Source of the DNA: a virus
IMG/VR virus record: IMGVR_UViG_3300020439_000003
Span: 1-64,000 of that record
Reading direction: 5' to 3' (one strand)
DNA length: 64,000 nucleotides
Positions 30,501 through 39,500 of this stretch are shown here, in pieces; position 1 is the stretch's first letter, and each line of letters starts with the position of its first letter. Below the pieces are notes generated by a model. It was not told the DNA's origin. It saw only the letters and a list, made by a program, of their open reading frames with translations, and did no database searches. Made by a program: the position numbers and the translations under genes.

Positions 30501-33500
30501 GTTGATAGGACCGATTGCTTTGACCGAAGTGGTGGAGTAGGAAGAGTTAGGACGATCAAACTCATCTTCACCAATTTCTGCATTGGTGAATTCAGGTTCA
30601 TGTAGAAGTTTGAATCTAAACTCAGTATCAGAGATAACTTCGCTGATAGTAAACTTACCATCAAACGGAGTCTTGATCACATCAATGAAGGAGTTGTTAC
30701 CAACAGGAGAATTGGCACCCAGTCTTGATGGGTCAAAGTAGTAAGTGATATTAGTAACCTCACCACCAATGGTAAACTTAACCACAGGTGTCTCAGTTGC
30801 AGAGGCCAAACCAGGAGTACCTTCACGTTCAATAACGTTGAAGGAGTATTCCAGCTTGTACTGGTTATCCTGAGAGAATGACAGATAATAACCGAAGTTA
30901 GAAGAATCACTCATATCAAAAATATAAGAGTGATTTCTAGTCAGCATTAGAGTCGGGTGCTTGGATGCAATCTTAACGCCAGCAATACCGCTAGTATATC
31001 CAGGATCACCACTTGCAGTATCCCGTAATCTGTAAGTGAAGTCTCTGGAAGAGAATACTTCCTGAACGAAGAATGAACCATTGAACTCACCACTGTTGAA
31101 TCCTTGTACAAACAAGATATTGCCAGCAGAATAGTTATGAGGAGTTACAGCAGTTGCATAGATCAGGTCAGATCTACCTTCGCTAGTTCTGATGATGTCC
31201 TTATCAAGAGTAACAGTCAGTTTGATAGTCTTGACAGTAGTAACACCGTTAATATCTGCAATCTTAGCATTGTCTGCATTAGGACCAGCAGTAATACTGC
31301 CACCCAAAGATACTACGTCTCCGATGATGAAATCAGAGTCAGAATAGGTATCAATAATAGTTACTCTATACTCTTCTGGTCTGAAAGGTCTAAACCTTGC
31401 ATAGTCAGAGAGTGGATCATATGTACTAACGTAGGACCAGGTGACATTTCCATCAGAAGCAGTACCAGTGGTGTGTACAGGGACAGTAGCACCACTAATA
31501 CCACCAGTGGTTGCCTGATACTTGTTTCTTCCGTAGTAGACGAAATCATTGATTTGATAAGATCTATTGGTTTCCCACTGATCTACCAAAGGAGTAGGCC
31601 ATGCATAATCAGCAAGATTTACTTGGATGGTTCCAGCAGCACTAATGTAGTTCCAAGTTACAGCACCATCAGTTACGATACCGATCTCATGAGTTGGTGC
31701 AGTAGCACCAGAAGTAGCAGTGTTAGTAGCGGCGTAGATCTTACCGTCGCTGTATACCTGATCATTGACGTTATATGCCTTACCTGTCACCCACTCTGCC
31801 TGAGGACGAGAAACAGTAAAGTCAATCTCTTCAATCAGGTTCTCTTGACCAGTAGAGTTTCTGAATCTATCAGTATTGTTAAAGTTACCAAAGATCTTAC
31901 CGATCTTATACTCAGTACCATAACCTGGGTTGTTGATAGGACCAACAGGAGTCTCTACAATCGTACCGTATGCTTGGGTAACGCCCTGAGCGTTGAATTG
32001 TTGAATAACAGTACCCTTATCAAACTTAACGTCTTGATTGAAGGTGAACTTCTTAACGTTGTCCATCTTAGAGTATGCTGCATCTCTAATGTAGTATTTT
32101 GCAATTACATTAGGAGAAATGAGCAGTCTCTTACCGAGAGGTGAAGGTACAGTGGAAGTTTTAGAGGTGTAAGTATTAACTGTCTCTCCAAAGGTATATG
32201 TACCAAAGTTCAGAGTAGACGTTACATCAGAATAGTCGAGAATTTGCAGACCCGAAGAACCTTCACTCCACACTGTAATGACAGGGTTATTCAGGTTGTT
32301 GATGTTGATTTGAGTTGCTTCACTAAACACAATACCCTGAGAACCATCAATCTGATAATCACCACGCTTACTATGGAGACGATCAAACTTAACCATATCA
32401 AGACCAGCATTCACAGTTTCAATTCTGTAACGCTCAGTAGGAACAGTCAGAGAAGAACCAGTGTAAACGGCACGAGGTTCTACGATGATGTCATCAACCC
32501 AACCAATGAAGGAGGTGTTGGTAGCACCAGAAGTGGCGTTAGACAGAACTGCAAGGTCATCCATTGCAATATCTTCTGTTCTAGTAGCAGTACAAACCTG
32601 TACACCATCGAAGTATGCAGAATAGACATAAGAACCAAGGGTGGGTTCTTCCTTAACAAGAACGATATGATGCCATGCCTCAGATACCATTGTGGTGAAA
32701 TAGGTAGAACCCACAGATACCACAGTAGTGCCACCACCACCCTGAGGGGTGATATCGAGGGTGACTTTACCGAAGTTAGGATCACCAACAGTACCATTGA
32801 TAGAGTAGATAACCTTATCGCCATTGTCGGCAATACAGGTGATCATTTCCATCTTAGGATTGTTGCTAGCATGGGTGCCAATCATCTTAACCCACATGCC
32901 GACAGTCCAGTCGTCATTGTTATCAAGGTCAGTCCAATCCAGACGACCTGCTGCTTGCAGTTTCAGTGAAGCAGAACCAAACTTGTAGATAGTATCATCT
33001 CTGAGGATGTTAGCACCACCAGTTACAGTGACAGCACTCTTCTTCTGCTTGGTTGCATCGAAGTAAGTATCAGCACTATCGTTGAAACGATATACAGCAG
33101 TAGGAACAGACTTCTGGATGTTGAGTGGGACAATAATGTCACCAGAGTTGTCAACTGAGTGTGTAGTGGTAGTAAATCCAAGACCATAGTCAGTGTCACT
33201 ATTGACAGAATCCCAAGCACCACGGATGATGTTGGTCTTGTACTGCATAGTGCCGTTGTACTTGAAGTTAAGTGCAACTACTTGCTGATTGTTATCTTCG
33301 TACTTGATGTGGGTAAGAACATTGACATTACCGAATTCATCAAGGCTAACACCAGCATGATTGATAGATTCAAACGAAATACTAGGAGCAATAATCTTAG
33401 AGAAGAACCACTCAGGAGTGCTGAGGGTAAGTCTGACTTGTTCCAGTGCAATCTTGAAGAATGCAACACCATAGTGCTTGGTGCCATTCCACATATCACA

Positions 33501-36500
33501 TACAAAGAACAAATCGTTGTAGGAATCCAGAACAAACTGAGGTCTTTGTACCTGACCACCAGAGACTGCCAACTTCTTGACATAACTCATTTCAATGTTG
33601 GCACCGTCGTAAACCATCTCACCGAACATGAGATCGTTATTGTCTAGATCAATACCAGCAAAAACGATTTTATTGTTACCAATGTAATGCAACTGGTGCA
33701 TTTGCTCACCTTCGCTGTCAGAAGCGAACTTACGCTTCTCTACAACGTCACCTTGGTTATTGAGCTGCATAACCCAGATGTCATCAGGATCTGGGGAGTT
33801 GGTGTCCGTCCAACCACAAATATAGAGTCTCTGCTCGTCATCGAGGTAAATATCACCTGCATAGTCGCGACGAGTCGCACCAGAGACACCAGCAATCTCT
33901 TTCTGGAATCTGATGACACCTTCGGGGTTATTTGCGTTATCGAGACCAGATTCGTACTTGACAAGCAGAATATCAGGATTGTATCCAGAAGTGCTCTGAG
34001 ATTCGGTTTCACCGAGCACATAGATCAAATGATTGTCCTCAGAAGTCTCGTCGAGGTAAATCTTCTTGAAACGTGCAGTTTTAATACTAGAAGAGGGAAG
34101 AAGACTTCTATCCCAAATCAGACCACCAAGATCGGAGAATTTAGCAAGGAAAGCAGAAGATTCGCCATTTGATTGAGTCAGTTCACCACAAACGTAAGTA
34201 GTACGGTCAGAAGCAGTCTGAACGTCTATGATTTCAAATGTAGAGGCATTAGTGCCACTCTCAACGTATTGGTTGACCCAATAGTAAGTTTTCTTGAATT
34301 GTTGGGGATGAGAAACTCGGATTTGAGGAACATCCTCAATATCGTAGTCAAAACCAGAATTGATGATATCAACACGATCAACTTTACCAGTAGTGGTATC
34401 CAGGATGATATCAAGCTCAACGTCCTGTCCAGAGTCAGTAATGATCTCATATGTCGGAGGAATTGACTCATTGTAACCAACACCGATCTGATCAACACTA
34501 ATTGACTCAATACCAGTCACAACGGACATGTAGAATCGCTTATTGGTGTTATCAGTGATAACTTTCGACGAAACGATAACTTCGTCTTGTGCAATCAGTT
34601 CATGATCATTAGAAGTGGTGATTTTGCCGTATGGCTCATCATCAATGATTTCCTTACGATATGCAGAGATAGTTTGACCAGTAACAGACTCAATTTGAGC
34701 AGAAGCACCAAATCCATCAGTTCCAGTGTTATCGAAGAACAAAGTATCGTTAACCTGATAAGAAACGCCAGGGTTCTCGATAACGAATCCGTCAATCTGT
34801 GCAGACTCGAATTTAGTAGTATTTTCAACTTCAATATCCACTCTGGACTCAGTAGAGACCGTTGGGAAGTAATCATAGATCTGCAATGCCGCTTCTTCGG
34901 TCATTGCTTGCAGAGTAGCAATTTCAAGGGGACTGATGATGCCGTCACCGTCAATATCTTCAATTTCAAAGATAATTACTTCACCTTCACGCTCAGTAAC
35001 GAGTTCATCGGATCTTTGGTTGGGTTGACGGTCAATATCGATGTCAACGTTGGCATAAGGGTCTCTGAAACGAGAAACATCAAGAGGGATGTTTTCTTGG
35101 GTTGCAGATTGACTCAGGTTCCAAGTATCAACAACAGAGTTGAACTGAGGACCAACAATATAAGGGAATACAGGAAGACCAGCGTCAGATTCGTCAATAG
35201 TTACGAAATAAGCGTAAGTACCAGCAGGATAGTCAGGAGTCTTACAGAAACGACCGTTATAGGGGTCTAGGTCGCCTCTCTGGAAGTCATATTCGTAATC
35301 ATTGATGAAAGTACCAGCAGGATAGGTTGCAAGCAGCGGACCATCCGTTCTAGCAGGAGTTGGGTTGGTATCAATGTTATATACGACCTCATCTTTCAAT
35401 TTGTAAGAAGAACGCATTCTTCTAAGACCACTGTTCTGATCAGTCGGGTCAATGTAACCGTAAGGACCATAAATCGGGTTACCATCAAACGCCCAACCAA
35501 TAATTGGAGAGTGTGCCTCGTTTTGACCAACTTCTCGGAAGTTTTGAGTCTGAGGATCAAGAACTACGTTGTCACCAACCACATAACGGAGTTCTTTCGG
35601 GTCGGAGACGTGTGCGTATTCACCACCATATTGGTTATTGAAACCAGTGAACACATAACCACGAGCAACGTCATATTTGGAGTTAAGTTCATATTCAAGG
35701 TTCTTGTTCCACTTGAATACAGTTGCTTCAAAGGTTGCAAGTTGACCAACTGCTTCCAGACGAACAGTAGTGTTACCTTGGGTATATCCAACACCTTTGT
35801 TAGTGATTTGGATAGAAATAACCTTACCTTTGTCTTCACCAAGGGTTCCGATGATAGCAGTTGCCTGAGCACCAAATCCATCACCGTTAATGTACACAGT
35901 AGGAGCAGTGGTATAGGCTTCACCAGAGTTAATGATAGCGATCGATACAATACGACCGTTAATCACAATAGGTTGTGCCAGAGCACCTTCACCAGAGTTC
36001 AGTTTGATCTCAGGAGTAGAAGTGTATCCAGTTCCAGCAGAAGTCAGTGAAACACCAGAAATAGGACCACGAACTTGTGCAGTAGCAAGAGCACCAGTGC
36101 CGCCACCACCAGTAATAGAGATAGTAGGTTGAGAAGTATAACCAGTACCAGCATTCTCTACCAGAATACGAGTTACACGACCATTAGTCACAACTGCCTG
36201 AGCAGTTGCACCAGAACCACCACCACCAACGATAGAGATCAGAGGTTGAGCAGTATACCCAGAACCCTGATCGGTAACATCGATAGAAAACAGTGAACCG
36301 TTAACAGTAACGCTAGCAGCAGCACCAGTACCACCGCCACCAGAAATTTGAAGTGCAGGCTTGTTACCAGCATCATAATCGATACCATTATTGGTGATAG
36401 CGATTGCAGTCAAAGGACCAAAGGTCACATAGTCCTTAGACTTGTAAGACCAGGCAGCAACACCGTTTACCCAAGAACCAACGGGGTTATTAGGTTGAAT

Positions 36501-39500
36501 AGTAGTTCTAGTAGAAACCGTAGATACAGTTCTAGGGAATCTAAGCAGTTTACGCTGGTTACCAGGAATTAGAGCAGAACCTTGGAAAGGACCGATCTTA
36601 TAGTTGGGTAGACCAGAGGCAGCAACGTAAACGTAGTTATTATTGAAGAAAGTATTCTGAATGTTTGAAGTGAACAGAGATACTACTTCGTTAATAGAGT
36701 TAATAGTAGACTTACCTCTATTCAGGTCAACAGACAAGAGAATGTTACCCTGAGGAGTGATCTGAGTCGGTACAGGGATAGCATAAGTGAAGGTAAAGTC
36801 GTCAAGACGAGAAGTTACTTCGTAAGTGCCATTGTAGATAGCAGGGTTAGCACCATAAATGGTAACTTTATCTTCTACAAGCAATCCGTGCGGGTTATCA
36901 CAAACGACGGTAGCAGTTTGGTTATTCGATCCCCCAGGAGTAATGCTTGTAACCTTGATGAGTTTCTTAACGTTATACAACCAGGATTGAAGGCGTTCAT
37001 CAGTGTCAGTGCCACCCAAAGCAGCCACATTAAGCTTATCGCCTGGTAGATAGTAAGAACCAGTGTCTTCAAGAACGGTAGTACCTGCTTCTGCAATACC
37101 GAGAACACGAAGTTTGACTTCGGTATCAGTTCCTTTGTTAACCCAGACAAAAATGTCCGAGTGAATCGTCGTGCCAGGGTCCCAGTCCTCAACTACACCG
37201 TTTTTAGAACGAGTACACTCAATAAACTGGTTCAGTGATTTTTCTTTGTACTGAACAACTTCACTATCATCAATAATGATCGTACCGTTCTTCTCTGGCC
37301 ACCCAATAGTTGAGTCAACGGTAATTATGTTACCATCGGTGGACAAAGGTTCAACAAGAGTCGTTTTATAAGGAATCTTGAAGCTTCCGCTCAGAGTTTC
37401 CTCTGAAATTGCTAATTCGTAAATAGTATCTGTACCTTCGATGATCGAAATTACGTTTTCGATCAAAACAGAGGCATTTTTGATGTTTTGGTCAACAGGA
37501 TCCTCAATTTGGATCAACTGTGCGTTTGGCAGATTGATAGGATCGCCAGAAATCAGTTCTGCACGCAGAATAGTGTCAACAACCCAAGATGCTGCCGAAG
37601 GAGTGACCAGTTCGTCTCTGGGGTAGTAAACATCAACTTCTTCACCGAACAGAATCTTAAATAGGTACTGTGCAGCAGTTTTCGTACCCTTTGAGATGTA
37701 GAAATCCTTGATCGTCTTAATAACTTGCACAGGATTGACCTGGGCATAGTCAATGTTGATCGTAGGCATGTATTGATCACGGAATTTGTCAAATACACGT
37801 CTAATGATCTGAGCGTCTAGGTTATGAACAACAGATCCAACAGTATGGTTGGTTTGAGCAAGTTGCTCTTCCTTAGCATAGACCTGATTGCCAAAATTAT
37901 CAAATTGGACAACATCAGATACACCACGGGCACAACCACGCAGTGAAGAAGGTTCGTAGTCTTGACCAGCAGACCTAATAAGGCAACCAGTCACCTCACC
38001 GAATCCAACATCACAAGATGCCTGTGCAGCAAGTGGTTCAGCGATGTAAACCTTAGGAGGATTCTCAGTAGAATACCCTTCACCGAAGTTAGTGATGTTA
38101 ATGTCAGTAATTTCACCGTTAAAGATGGTTGCTGCTGCCATTGCACCAGTACCACCAATAGATTCACCCAGAGGACCCTTACGATCGTCTACGATGTATA
38201 CAGAAGGAGCATCGGTATAACCAGAACCACCTGTCAGCAGGTTGATATTGGTAACACTACCGTTTGCGACAGTAACATCAAGAACCTGAGCACCAACGGG
38301 TTGTACAACTCTTGCTCTGGGTGCTGTTTGATAACCACGACCTCTATTAGTGATAGTTACAGATACAACTTGCCCGTCAGGTGACACAGAGCAAGTTGCT
38401 TCGGCATCAATACCATCTTCGGGAGCAGGATCGATGTAGATAGTAGGAGGATTGCTATAACCAAGACCATATTTGGTTACAGTGATAGATCCATCAACCA
38501 GACGACCCTCAGAATCGATTGTAGGGTCACTGCACTCAGCACCACCAGGGTTGATGAAGGTAATTGCAGGAATAAAGTCGTAACCAGAACCAGAGTTGGT
38601 GATCTCAATACCAGAGACTTGTCCTGTCGTATCATCAACAGTAATTTTAGCAGCAGCACGAGAACCATTGATCAGATCGCCAGGTTCAGTGATACGAACA
38701 ACAGGAGGGTTGTATGCAGTATAACCCTGACCACCGTTGATCAGTTTAACGTTCTTAATACCGTTGACCAAAGACCTGGCCGCGGCACCAGTTCCCTTTC
38801 CAGTAGAAGAGAAGATGGATACCTTAGGTGCAAAGTTCAGTCTATAACCACTACCACCCTTCTTGATAGTAATTGCTTCAATTTCACCATTAGCGCCAAC
38901 ACGAGTTACTGCCTCAGCACCCAATCCAACAGAAGGAGACACATACTCGATAGAACGAATATGGAATGTATCTTGTCCAGAGATGTTAACAAAGAATTTG
39001 ATTCTAGTGTTGTTATCAGTCAACACATAATCATCAAACGGGCGTTGCAGCACACCGTTACGGTTGATGATCAGACCAATTTCAGCAATAGGAGCATAAG
39101 GGAGGTTATCATACTGAACCACCATCGAATCTCCACCAATGAGATTTTCGAGAGGGGGATGAACCAGTTCTTTAATGACAGAATCAGCAAAACCGATGTA
39201 GTAAAGAATCTGAGTCAGTTCTACCTGGTCATTACCAGTTCTAGCACGAGGTGCAGTGGTAAAGATAATCTGAGAGCCAGTAATAGTATAGTCAACATCA
39301 GGAATCAACAGATCACCATATACAGTAACTGCAAGGTGTGCTGCTGAGACAGGTGAGACAGGAGTACCAAGGAATTTAAGATCAAAGGTAGTTCTACTAC
39401 CATCGAAGTCAGTCCATGGAGATTCTAGTGCTTGTCTCTTCTTATTAAATTCTTGTAGGGAGATACCTGGGGTCAGGATTACGTCAGGACCACGAACCGT